Positions 52,256 through 64,000 of a stretch of 64,000 nucleotides of DNA are shown one piece after another; positions within the stretch are counted from its first letter, which is position 1; every line of letters starts with the position of its first letter. A program made the position numbers and the translations under genes. The notes beneath the pieces are model-generated. The model ran no database searches. It was not told where the DNA came from and was given only the letters and a program-made list of their open reading frames with translations. Where the stretch lies: positions 78,990,001 to 79,054,000 of the forward strand of contig OZ076409.1 in NCBI GenBank assembly GCA_964187785.1, in the 5' to 3' direction. This DNA is from Amphiscolops sp. MND2022 (Eukaryota).

Positions 52256-52718
52256 CCTTGGTTGGAACTGCTTGAACTTTTTACATGTTTTTGTAGGTTA
52301 CCAAGCTAATTTTCCATAATTTTATTAAATTCTCGTCCAAGAAACACGTCCATGCATTAAAACTTCACTGATTCCATTCAATTATATCAAGCAGTCAATA
52401 CTCAAGACCTCCCTATAAGCTACCTATAAGATGCATTCTAAATTTGGCGGCAATTCTGCTCCGCAGTTTTGCATGTTTCATTAAGACACCGTTCTAATTC
52501 TGAAACCAGCTGAGACCTTCATCAATTTTACCGCAAATTTTAAGTGATTGCTGCGATGAAGAAGTGGATATGTTTTCAGTTTTAACTCAAATAGAGGTTG
52601 CATTGTAATCCTACAAAATGTTTCCATGCAGGCTCCCGGAATTTTCCATGTTTTGTAAAAAAAATAGCCTGTATGTTTCCACGCATCATGTAAAAAGTTC
52701 AAGCAATCTCGACTAGGG
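52256..52718. mobile_element. CMC-type MITE (TSD TT)
   Basis: Degenerate TIR CCCTAGTTGAAACTGCTTGAACTTTTTACATG at both ends with TT flanks. A lone left end of the same family lies at 50783. Confidence 0.7.
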
Positions 52719-54158
52719 TTTCCTTTGAAAATTTATCTTCTTTTTGTGGTAACTTTAAAAAAGTTCAAGATAACGTTTCCATCTGCGGGAGTCGATTTTT
52801 GTCATTTTTCATCATGCAGTAAGAACTTTTTAATTAAAATGCTAATGCGAAAATTTACAGAAATTGATATTCAATGAAATCAAAATATAAAAACTAGTAG
52901 ATGTCAACGCTAGCTGGTCGCCCAATTCAATAAGACATGTACGGAAATACCAAGTAATTAGGAGCCTGATCAAAGTCAGTTTACCGACAAACTGCAACAG
53001 TTAGACATACTGGCATCTGATTTTGACGCCATCGAGATGTGTAACTTGTTTTCAGAGAAGAAATTAAAACTCTTCGACTGGAATACAACCGTGACTATAA
53101 AATACAAGTAGTTAATCTAGTTAATGATAGAATATAATGCATTGTATACCATGTACAGAGGGATGTAAAATTTTGTAATTAATTATTATAGTTCAAAAAA
53201 CAAAGATGTTTATTTGTTGCTGGCTAACAATTGTTAATTTATTAACATTTTCATTATAATATCATTATGTATCATTTTTATTGTTATTTGTTAACAAATA
53301 AATTGAATATATTGCTCAAAATTGTGAGAAAAAATATATATTGCTCAAACAAAGATGTCGTTTGTACACTTCTTGGACTGTATTTCTAAACATCAATAAT
53401 TTTACCAAACTTCCTGAGTCGGTTTTTCTACACAACTAGTAGCTACAGTAGTGATATTTCTAAAAACAACAATAGGCAAATCTCAAAATCGAATATCTCT
53501 AAAACAGCAGCGATTGTTGAAAAAAAAACAGTGAAAGTTTCATAGATATTTATCTAGTTTACAAATATGTTTATTTGAAGGTTATGCGATGAAAATTGTA
53601 GAAGTTAGGATAGGCCATTTTTAACCAAATTTAGGTCAAAATTGAGGTTTTTCTCATTTTTGGTCAACTCTTGCTTGAAATTTTAGAGAAAATTTATGTG
53701 CAATCGAATCCTCTGATTCAACTGAAGCCCTTGATATGTTTTAATTTGGAAATCATTCTGAAATGGTAAAAGAAATATGCTGAAAACTAGACCTTTTCAA
53801 AATGTATTAGGATATGATTTTGAACTTTATCAACTTAAAACAAGCTCATACTAATACAATTAGGAATAATTTCGAGAAAAAATTATAATGTCAGATTCGA
53901 AATGTTCGGGAGAATTTTTCTGTCGAAACTATTTTGAAATCAAAAAGTTATAAGTGGGTCAAAATTCAAAACACTAAACAATGATTTTTGGAAATTGCTC
54001 TCGACCAATGAAATGAACGCGCGAGACCTCGATCAGCCAATGATGCTTGTTTATTTGCTTTCTTTTCGCGTGCTATGTTGCTTCTTCTAGAATCAATACT
54101 GAAAATCCGCATTCTTTATTATAACAGCTGACTGAGAAAATGAATTCAGTTTCCTGTA

Positions 54159-57100
54159 CAGTTGAATCTCGTTATAGCGTACCTCATTGGGAACAAACAT
54201 TTAATTACGTTATAGCGAATGTACCTTATAATGAAAAAATGATATCAAGTGTAAAAATCAATTGAAAAAATCAGTAATTGAAGTTTGGAGTTTTTTGGAT
54301 GAAACATGTTTATAAACTCGTTCTTTGAAGTTTTCTGCCTTTTTAGCGTAATCTTCATCTCCTATCTTCATGAAATAAAACTGCAAAGCCAAACATGCTT
54401 TATATGCATCCTTATCACCTATGCACAGCTCCTGAAATATTGTCATCATTCTGCTCTTCTTCGCACTCATCTTCAGAAATCAAAATTTCATTGGTTCCTT
54501 GTGTAGACGTTGAACATAAATCGTCATTGAAAATAAGATTTTCTTCGTCTTCTTGAGCATCCAAATCCGATATTTCCTCTACATCGGTTTGTATTTTGAA
54601 TCCAGCCTTCCGAAAGCTATTCTGTATTGTTGTGTCCGTAACTTTTGAAAACCATGATTTTTTAACAATGAATAGAGACTCAAATAGATTGATTTTTGGA
54701 GCTACAAGGCCAACATTCAAAGCTTGGACTTTTCGTTTTTCCACTTCTGTTTTATATTGGTTTTTAAAACTGGCGATAATTCCCATATCCAGGGGTTGGC
54801 ATTTCGACGTAACGTTTGGGGGGAAGTATTGTACTTGGACATTTTGTAATTCCACTTTTTTATTGTGGGCCGAACAATTATCTATGAACAAAATTACCTT
54901 CCGGTTTTTGATACCCATCGTTCGGTCAAATTTTCTGAGGAGTTTTTCGAAAACCTCCGAAGTCATCCAAGCTGAAGGTGTACTGTAGTAATCAAGAGGT
55001 GTTCTCGAATTGTTGAACCCACGTGGTGATTTGTATTTCCCGATTACGATTGATGGAAGTTTTTCACCACTCATAAACGACCCACGCAAAAGAGTGATCC
55101 GTTGTTTATTTTGTTTTGTCCCTCGCTTATTTTTGTCTTTCGATTCGTCAATTGTTACTAAAGAAGCGTTTCGTGTTTGCGAAAAAGAAGACAGCAGTTT
55201 TTTTCCAAATGTATACATGGATACCGATAATATGCGGGAAATTGTGATCGAATATGCAAAAAATATGCACGACAATATGCAAGCTTTCTGGCGAAATATG
55301 CAACATGAATCTACGGATATGTGGAAATGAAAACATTTGTTTGAAAAATGTTAATTGGATACATCGGAAATAACATTTTTTTGGTTAATTCAGATTATAA
55401 TATAAAAACATAAGCTGACTAAGTGTCTCTTCAGTTAGACGTCGTCGTTCGGGAACCAAATTTTTGTTGTACAGACTGAAGCTTCTTTCTACCGTTGCAG
55501 AAGTAATAATTGCAAGTCCATAATTTCGGGCCAGGCCATAAAGCTTCGGCAACGTTCCCGCATTGCCTTGCCAGAAATCTCCAATTTGACGGATTTTTCT
55601 TTGCAATAGTTCAACTCTGCTCACATCATCAGGCACGTGAGAAAAGTGGAATTCTCTCGCCAAATCGCGGTAAAGGACTTGCTCGCCTATTGAGATGGAG
55701 TCAAAACCGGGAATACTAAGGTTGCATTTCTCAGTAAATTTCAATCTGGTTTCAGGATGAAAATATTGAACATCTCGCAAAAACTGTAGACCAGGATGCA
55801 GTCCATTGGGTCCAATGTACTTGATGAGCTTATCTAGACCCCATTCGCTTGCTTTGCTCACGAGAGATATAAAATCTTGGAGTTCACGATTACTCCAAGA
55901 TCGCAATATTTCAGAGGGAACTTGATCCACAATCGATAAGTCTGAAAGTTGACGTGTTTAGCCGTACGTACATGTTGATCAAGGTTAGATTGACGACTAT
56001 GGTTGATAGGAACACTTCATGTACGACAAAACAAAATTTCGCCGTCGGCGTAAAATGTCTCTTTATTATGTTGCATGTTTGCACGAAGTTTAGCGGTAAT
56101 TTTCGAGTAATGTCCACTTGCAGCCCCCGCATATTTCTGAGAAATTAAATTTGATTGTGAATAAAAACCTGATTTTGACTGGTGCATAGTTGATCGTGTT
56201 CCGTTTCACGTGTTCAACAAGTTTACAAAAGATGAGAAAATGAAACTGAACTATCTGTTTCTCTGTTTTGAATTCTGGCCAATGGCAATTCAGTGTGCAA
56301 CTTAGCTTATTCTCATCTTTCATTCGTTCATGCCGGCGCACGCGCAGTTGAAAATTGCTTGCCGCTAGCAGCGATGTAAAAGATGCGTCTGCATATGTCA
56401 TATAATGCAAGCTTTGATGGTCCACCAAATATGCATATATATGCGAAAATATGCACCGCATATTATCGGTATCCATGGTTGTATTTGTCTTCTGGTTTGA
56501 AATTATGAAGAATATGAGACAGTCTTTCGAACCAGGCTTCGACGACACAGTCAACTACGGAGCCGCCTTGTCCATAAAATTTGCGAAATTTGATCCCATA
56601 TCTTTTCTTGAATTTCTCCAAATATCTTTGAGAAGCTTGAAAGTCATTGAGTTTCATATTATCAGCTAATAATTTGGCCTGAGTCAAAATAAGATTGCCT
56701 GTTATCTCTACTTCATTCGATCTTTTGCACGTTCCACTGGAAAATTTGAAAGATATTTCTCCTTAATTTCATCTTTGACGGAAAGAATCGGATTTAGACT
56801 GGAGATGGTTGCTAGATTGAATTCCTTAACTATTTTCGTCTTTGCTCCTTTGTCAAAGTGTAATTTTTCATAGGTTAGGACCACCTCGTATTTTTCTTTT
56901 AATGTCCTTTTTATTGGGCGGTCAAATTTCATACTTTTTGATATTTGTTTTATAGTTTTAGTTCAACAAACCAGAATAAAGTGAGGGTAACATTTGGGGC
57001 CAAATTTTATAAATGGGCCAAATTTTATAAGTTATTTTGTTTTGAATCCTACTTCAAATTTGACCGCCAATACCTTTGTGTGCGCTGTACGGTAGCCATT

Positions 57101-57458
57101 TGTAGTTGAGGCTAGTAATATAATGCAGGTAAAATGCTTGGCTAGCTGTGCAGTGAATGTTACAGTGAATGTGCAGTGAATGTATTTCACAAGTCAATGT
57201 TTGCTAAATTTAAGCTGTTTTGATGACTAAATCTAGCAAAGCAAAACGTACGCTTTACTGAATGAATTAAACGTTGACGTCATTTTATTCGTTTATTCAA
57301 TTTTGTATGTTATAAGGGATTCTACACTACAACGAGATTACTCAATAACGACTATTTATTGCATTAATTTGACTGGCCAATAAAATCGGATTGTAAGTTA
57401 ATTGCGTTTCATAGAGGTTTACGTAACAACGACAGTGCACTATAACAAGATTCAACTG
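54159..57458 (-). mobile_element. pogo/Tigger DNA transposon with a disrupted transposase (56932 to 54258)
   Basis: TIR CAGTTGAATCT(C/T)GTTATAG with TA TSD. HTH ORF 56708-56932, CENP-B HTH FQASQRYLEKFKKRYGI, DDE region SAWMT, LFIDNCSAH, FPPNVTSKCQPLDMGII, and C-terminal QTSITDFF. Confidence 0.92.
55216..56477 (-). mobile_element. Internally deleted hAT element of CGGBP1 type, inserted in the Tigger ORF
   Basis: 22-bp TIR CATGGATACCGATAATATGCGG and degenerate 8-bp TSD. N-terminal finger TAKLRA...FYADGEILFCRT*SVPINHSRQSNLDQHVRTAKH. hAT dimerisation motif FW...LPKL...A......TSATVERSFS......RRRL. Confidence 0.85.
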
Positions 57459-58129
57459 TATTTCACTTATACAATCATAATAATACATGTGTGTTAATAC
57501 TTGCCAACATTAAAATGTATATTAAAATATATTGGCATAAAACATAAATACATTGTTTTGTACAAAACTAAAAATGAATACATTTTATTTATTTATTTTC
57601 AATATATTTAAATACCATATAATTTTTACATCCCTGCAATGACCTACACCATGTGTTTATACAAATTATTTTTATTGGCTGCCAAGCACCTTCAGCATGA
57701 TTTTGGAAGTTTCATAGAGAATCATTAATGCTAAGTTTTTCCCTGATTCAATGCCAACTATTCAGGTATTCGTAAGTAAATCTATTGAATTTGGCCGGTT
57801 TTCAGAGCAACATCAAAGAAATTGAAGGCAAAACTACCGCAAATTTTTGCCAGACTTTCTGGGCAAAAGTGTCAATTTTTGTATGCGCAGACTCTATCAT
57901 TCAAAATAAAGATTTTTCTACGCGTGCCAGGCAATATACTTTGTAGGACTCAGCGAGCTTTGGCAAATATTTTTATGCGAGAGAAAAATGACCAAAAATA
58001 CTGAAACATTGAGACTTCAATGCTCTTTTTTTAAAAAAAAGAAGACAACATTTTAAACCATTTGTGTAGCTCTGACTAGTCTTTTTCGAAGTCATGAATT
58101 TAAAAAAGATATCGGATTTCTTTTGTATT

Positions 58130-58678
58130 CCCTTGTTGAACTTGCTTGAACTTTTTATATGTTCTTTAAAGTTGCCAGCAACTTTTTCATTGATTTTCTA
58201 AATCTCTTACGGAAACTTCAATGCGTTATTATTTCCCTGTTGTCATCAACTTTTATCAAGCTGCTTCAAAGAATCATCAAAGTTCTGGCGGCAATTTCAA
58301 GCCGTGAAGTTCTGCGAGTTTTATCATGCATCAGTTCTAATTTTAAATGCATCTGAGACGTTCACAATTTTGCCGCCATTTCAATGCAATTTAATTTCAT
58401 TCACAATGTAAACAGCAAACTAGCGTCATCTTTAGCGTCCTTTTTGAGAAGCGGTGGTTAAATCAGATGAGTAGTTGAGAAATTAATGTGTGAAAAAAAC
58501 GTGATCATGTCCATAAAGAATAGGGAAATATTTTCAAATTTAATTGCAGTAGTGGAGAATGCAGTGTAATTCTACAAGATTTACCAACGGTTGCATACTG
58601 AATTTTCTAGGTTTTATAAAAAATTACCCTGCATGCAGGCCTGCAGCATGTAAAAAGTTCAAGCAGTTTCAACTAGGG
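58130..58678. mobile_element. CMC-type MITE (TSD TT), same TIR family as 52256-52718
   Basis: CCCTTGTTGAACTTGCTTGAACTTTTTATATG ... CATGTAAAAAGTTCAAGCAGTTTCAACTAGGG with TT flanks. Confidence 0.8.
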
Positions 58679-59508
58679 TTTGATTTGTAATTTTCGCTTC
58701 TAGTAAAGGTCCTTATTTCTAGAAATTTTCCAAAGATTGTAAATAAAAAAATTATGAATTTTTACGACGTCAGTTGAGACGCCAAGAATTTTCCTTTAGG
58801 CGTTATTCCTTAGACTTTACTCATGCTCGCCTTCTGAATTTTATCAAACAATATGCTTTCTGGACGTTACTTCTGAACTTTTTTCCCAAGAGCTTATATA
58901 CGTCACTTCCAGACGTTATTTTCTATCGTAGAAATTTGATCATGAGCGTTAAATATTAGGCGTTAGTGATATTAGTAGTATAAGACTTCCATTTATTATG
59001 AGTTCTAGATGGAAAACGTTACGTTGTCAAGTGATAACAGCAGTAGCACTAATAATGATAAATTTTCCAATTGACGTTGAATTCCTTTGGAGTATTAGTA
59101 CTAGCATGAAGAATGCAAAAAAGCATCTGACGCCAAGAGCTCCGTTCTTATCAAAAGAAGTGTACTCTTTTGTAATTCTTTAATTTTTGAAGGTTTCACC
59201 AATTCCAATCATATTTCTTTATCTCTAAAGAAAACGAAAATTAAAAACGTTTGTAATTCATTTATCGCCTTTAATCAGGAAGTTGAAAACTCTTGCGTAG
59301 CGGGTGATTAGAAACTTGGCAGATAGTGTAGAATAATTGATGAAGCTGAATATTGAACTCTTTGTCCGGACTTGTTTAAAACCAATTAATGATTGCGATG
59401 GGCAATTGAATTATTTGGCAAGAAAAAGTTGTCAACGTTTTAACATGCTGTTACGTCAGCGCGTAGATAATTGCTAAATGCTCAAAAAGTTTCTGATGAA
59501 GGCTAAAT

Positions 59509-60214
59509 ATCAGAAACTTTTTGAACAAGGTCATTCAACCTTTGGACAGATTGAACGCCACGCAAAGAGTCAACAAGAACTTCTGAAGCTTGTGCAAGTG
59601 GACTTTTGTATTCTGATAATTGGTTATATAATAGTATATGCAGTAAATCCCTGGGTGAGCACCCCGTTTTGGACGATGGGCTCCACATGTAATTTTTAGA
59701 AGGACAATAACTCACATCTGGACCAAACTCAATATGGTGTATCACAAACATCACTGCTTGGCCCGTTTTGATTTCTCTTATGCATCAATGGTCTCTCACA
59801 AGACGTGATATCTGAAACCACTTTTTTAAGCGGAAACCACGAACATTTGGACAACGTTCAATCCCTTCCGGAGATTCTGAATAATATTATTCGATAATAG
59901 CATATGTCGATGAAGGGATGAAAAGCAGTGAGCCGAAATGAAAGCCTCGATAAACCGGCAACTGTTCTATTTGGGCACAAAACGAAAATGACGAAAGTAG
60001 TTCAGATAAGAGTTATTGTCCTTCTACAAGTTGCACGTTGGGCCCATCATCCAAAACGGGGTGCTCACCTAGTGGTTTACTGCGTATACTATTATATAAC
60101 CAAATATCAAAATACAAAAGTCCACTTGTACAAGCTTTCCAAATCATCATTGACTCTCTGGGTGACGTTCAATCTGTCCGAAGGTTAAATGATATTGTTC
60201 AAAAAATTTCTGGT
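59509..60214. repeat. Diverged ~205-bp inverted repeat enclosing a CR1/L2-like RT remnant
   Basis: 59509-59713 is the reverse complement of 60010-60214. The spacer reads YGVSQTSLLGPF*FLLCINGL, resembling GVPQGS.LGP.LF..YINDL. Confidence 0.7.
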
Positions 60215-60569
60215 AAAGACTGATTATTTGAGCTCATCCGCTACCAAGCCCTATGTGTCGATGTGAAGAACAATAGAATTTGATCGCTGCATTGCAAAGA
60301 GTGTCATTGCTCTTTTCAACCAAGTAATGTCTTAGTGTGTACTACCAGAAACTTCACCCATCTCAGCTGTAGACGACGGAAAACTGTAGAAAACGAGGAG
60401 ATATTTCGTGTGGTTAACGACTTTGATAAGTACTAATTCTTCTATGATACAGCTTCGCCGTGTTTTTTTTTGGAAACAAAAACAAAGTTCTGGGGATATT
60501 CAAAAGTTTAAATCTTTGAACAATAGAAAAGGACTCGCACCCTCCCTGTGTTTTTGCATGTTGTTTTTA

Positions 60570-60938
60570 TATTCATGTATTCTAGAATAGCTTCAAGCTA
60601 TGTAAAAGTTTTACAAAAATGAATGCCTCCTTCAAGCGGTCATGTGCCATTGGAGCTCTTTTTTGGTGTGATGTCGTTCTGGTGCTGAAATGACTCACTG
60701 GTTACCATGGTACTGAAATTGAAGTAAGTCTTCATTGAATGATCATCTTCGAAGCTGCTTTTCATCTGAAACCATATCATTAAAAACGTATAACTCAATT
60801 ATCAGGAATAAAAATCCGACCTTGAAAAGCGTGCGTCTTTGGAACTATAAATACAAATTAGCTGTTCAATAGCCTAATTTAAACCCCAGATGCCAATATT
60901 TAATTGGACAGAAATATGAATTTCATTTAGGTTGAAAC
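60570..60938. repeat. Direct repeat, second copy at 63649-64000 (runs off the window)
   Basis: Highly similar ~350-bp copies. The first has an extra ~17 bp. Confidence 0.9.
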
Positions 60939-61176
60939 TGGTTCGATTTTGTTGTGTTTCGGTACAGCAATGCAACTAGACATTCGCTAAACTGTGCAAT
61001 TGTGAATTGTGAAATGGGCGACCGTCGAAGAAAGACTATACATGTAGTGAACGTCAAATTGAAGGCTGATATGTTATGCTGTAATCACCTCACAGAAAGA
61101 AGAGATCAATTTGATATATCTTCCTTTCCGTTTCTGATGACCATAAACATGTATCAATGGAATTTCTAGCAAAGCG

Positions 61177-61647
61177 AACAAGCCGGGACCGGCCCAAGTC
61201 GGCGCCATATCCAAGGCTCAAAAATAGCAAAAGGACATCAAAGTTTCAAAGTATTCTCTTCTACAGCACTAAAAAAATTTTTTTGAAAAAAGTCTCCCAA
61301 CGCCGAAAAAAATTGAAAGGGGGGACCCTTTGTGGTTTTTCTATACCCAGCAGTCTGTCGCAAAACCCAAAAAAATTGAAGGGGGGACCCTTTCGGGAAA
61401 TTTTTTCCCGAAAAAATGTCTCGCAATGCCGAAAAAACTGAAAGGGGTGAGGGACCCTTTGGTCTCGTCCGGCATTGTATGTTATGCAGGAAACTTTTTG
61501 GTTCTGTTCCCTGGCCAACAGGTGAAATTTGAACTTTTGTAGAACTTTTGGTAGAACTATTTTGTCAGTTCAGGTGGTCTTTAAAAAAAACACTGACGAA
61601 AAGCCATGACTATAGTCGACTCTTTTCTCTAGAAAAGCGCCGACTAA
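61177..61647 (-). mobile_element. HINE/Helentron-like element, same family as 6460-6952
   Basis: AACAAGCCGGGACCGGC..AGTCGGCGC at the left, GCGCCGACTAAAAA at the right. Confidence 0.7.
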
Positions 61648-63329
61648 AAAAGCGCACATACTGATGAGATGTGCGAATCACCAAGGTGATTGGAAATCAC
61701 TCGCGATATCCGAATTACTTTGGAACACGTCCGGTCATATCGTTCCGTAGACTATAGCGCCTTTTTTGTATAAATAAAAATTCTACAATAGCTCAAATGG
61801 CAGACTTTTTCTCAGACATTATGATGTGTTGAAACAAAAATGTTCACCGATACATATTCCATTCCTAAACTAGACCCGATAAACGTCTATTTGTATTGAA
61901 AAATTCATAGCTTGCATTTTTGCTTGCCTGTTTGTAATGGAAAACGTTGAGCAAAGTAGTTTTTCTCAACAATGTGCCCCGAATATAACGCTTTGTGTTC
62001 AAAAATTGGATGAAAAAAACAAAATCAACTTTTTCAATCCGAAATGTTCACCTTGAATCACTTTAGCATTGCACAGTCTTGAGGTATTCGTGAGGCACCG
62101 TTCAATATACCAGTATCTACAAGGGATTGCTGTACAGGGTCGAAAAATTTTCGAAACGGACCACGTCATCTATCCCCCCCCAACACGAAAGCACATATTG
62201 TTCTTAAACAAAAATATCTCACTAATAAGAGATTATTATAAGAATGTATATACTTAGAGGATTGCCTCTGCAACTGTTTGGACACTTCAGGCAAAAAATA
62301 CCCTAATTTTTTGATATTATTCTCCAAAATGGCAAAAATTCACGCTTGGAATAAGATGAAATAGTATAAAAAGGCCCCTATTTCAACGCAAATTTTCTCT
62401 GTGATAAAATCTAATGGGCAACTTTTAACTGACAGTCAATGTAATGGATAGGATCATGTCGACATCAATTGTTTTATTGGATTAATATTCTAACGCCAAC
62501 GATGTCGACATAATGGTATTTGAACATTGTGACTTACATATTTTGTGGGGGGGGGAATCGATGACATGGTCCGACAAATGGTTTGAACAGCGGTACAAGG
62601 ATCCGGATAACTGAGTGTCACTGAAAAAATTCACTGGAAAAACTACTGTAACCGACCGCCGATTGTACATCCAGAGTAAATTTGATCGGAATAGAATACA
62701 GGTCAAGTGATCCATAGGCTTATAAAGTCATTATTGGTGAGCAAAAGACCTCCGGTTTTTAATAGCTTGGCCGATTAACACAATAGAGAACTTCAATACT
62801 TATTTTGCCGAAGTAGGAGTGAATAAGATGGAGCGACAAAAAGTCCTATCAGGGCCAGGCGCAATGAGACGTCGGTACGACCGACAACCACAACAAAGTG
62901 TATTCGCACACGCCCGACGGAAAAAAAGAGGTAAAGAAGGGATTGAAACTGATACTAAAGCGCGCATATATACTGCTACCGTCCCATGGAAGACGAGAGC
63001 GAAAATCCGGAGGACAAAATAGAACCCGAACCGGTTCATATGGAAATCTTCCCCACCTTTATTAAACTGCTTCAGGTCTACAATTAGCAGTTCGACAACC
63101 TGCCAATTGTAGACGTGCGGCAGTACAAACGGAAGGAAAGGAGGCTGACTACATACAATATATTCACATATTGAAAAAACTGTAAGGTAAAAAAGCCACC
63201 GAGTACAACATAACACAATCCGAATTTTGGTTCATGATGCATCTCACAAGCTTGATCTCTGAAACAACACCCGATGCAGAAATGACGAGGGTCAGGTCCA
63301 GCATGAGGACCGAACAAAAAGAAACAGCA

Positions 63330-63610
63330 CCAAAAGGGTTCATACCGTCTTTCAAAAATAGTGGATAATGTGGTGTCTGCGATTCGTCGACGATCAAATA
63401 TATGTCCCAAGCGACTTGAGCAAAAGAGTAAAAGACATCTTTCAATTCGGCCAGGCAGAAACGATCACAATCATCGCTGAAGCCAAAAGTTTCTGGTGGC
63501 AGGAGATGAAGAGGGCGTTGAGCAAAAACTCAAGGTTTGCACTGCCTGCTCAGCCTCGCGCAAAAGTTCTAAATATCAATTACCGAAAACAAATTACGGA
63601 AAATAAATTT
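63330..63610 (+). pseudogene. Gypsy integrase zinc-binding domain remnant
   Basis: FVDDQIYVPSDL.KR..DI..FG.A......AEAKSFWW.EMKR matches the decayed HHCC-domain pattern. Confidence 0.65.
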
Positions 63611-64000
63611 TTCGTACATCAAATATTCTAGTTTTCTTACTCGCACATTATTCATGTATTCTAGAATAGCTTTTACAAAAATGAATGCCTCCTTCAAGCG
63701 GTCATGTGCCATTGGAGCTCTTTTTTGGTGCGATATCGTACTGGTGCTGAAATGACTCACTAGTTACCATGGTACTGAAATTGAAGTAAGTCTTCATTGA
63801 ATGATCATCTTCGAAGCTGCTTTTCATCTGAAACCATATCATTAAAAACGTATAATTCAATTATCAGGAATAAAAATCCGACTTTGAAAAGCGTGCGACT
63901 TCGGAACTATAAATACAAATTAGCTGTTCAATAGCCTAATTTAAACCCCAGATGCCAATATTTAATTGGACAGAAATATGAATTTTCTTTAGGTTGAAAC

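Larger units (their letters stand above)
53158..57636. mobile_element. hAT-like non-autonomous element hosting the Tigger insertion
   Basis: Inverted ends (G/C)AGGGATGTAAAA and TTTTACATCCCTG. The 8-bp TSD is not convincing. Confidence 0.45.

Overview
AT-rich eukaryotic (animal-like) genomic DNA made almost entirely of transposable elements, with one apparent host exon (GPCR N-terminus and TM1, 44225-44416). The window opens in a decayed Polinton/Maverick-type protein-primed PolB gene. Facing it across a 3x ~180-bp repeat is a divergent, intronless homolog of ribosomal protein uS5/RPS2. Several CCC...GGG-ended DNA transposons with 2-bp TSDs (CMC/EnSpm-like) follow. The largest (14319-31158, ~16.8 kb, TIR CCCGGGTTGACC, TSD AT) has no recognisable catalytic transposase. 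It encloses a PHD ORF, a BED/hAT fragment, nested MULE MITEs, two back-to-back long palindromes, an SGNH hydrolase, a Psq/CENP-B HTH plus Cys-finger gene, two BEN-like paralogs and a ~5.4x 889/887-bp tandem array. In this element and in a 2.85-kb relative, the enclosed DNA is bracketed by a 130-175-bp direct duplication of element sequence. The rest holds decayed RTE-, CRE- and Gypsy-type retroelements, Helentron-like HINEs, a tRNA-derived SINE and a triple nest (CGGBP1-type hAT in Tigger in a hAT-like element). All calls come from reading motifs by eye; no database searches were run.
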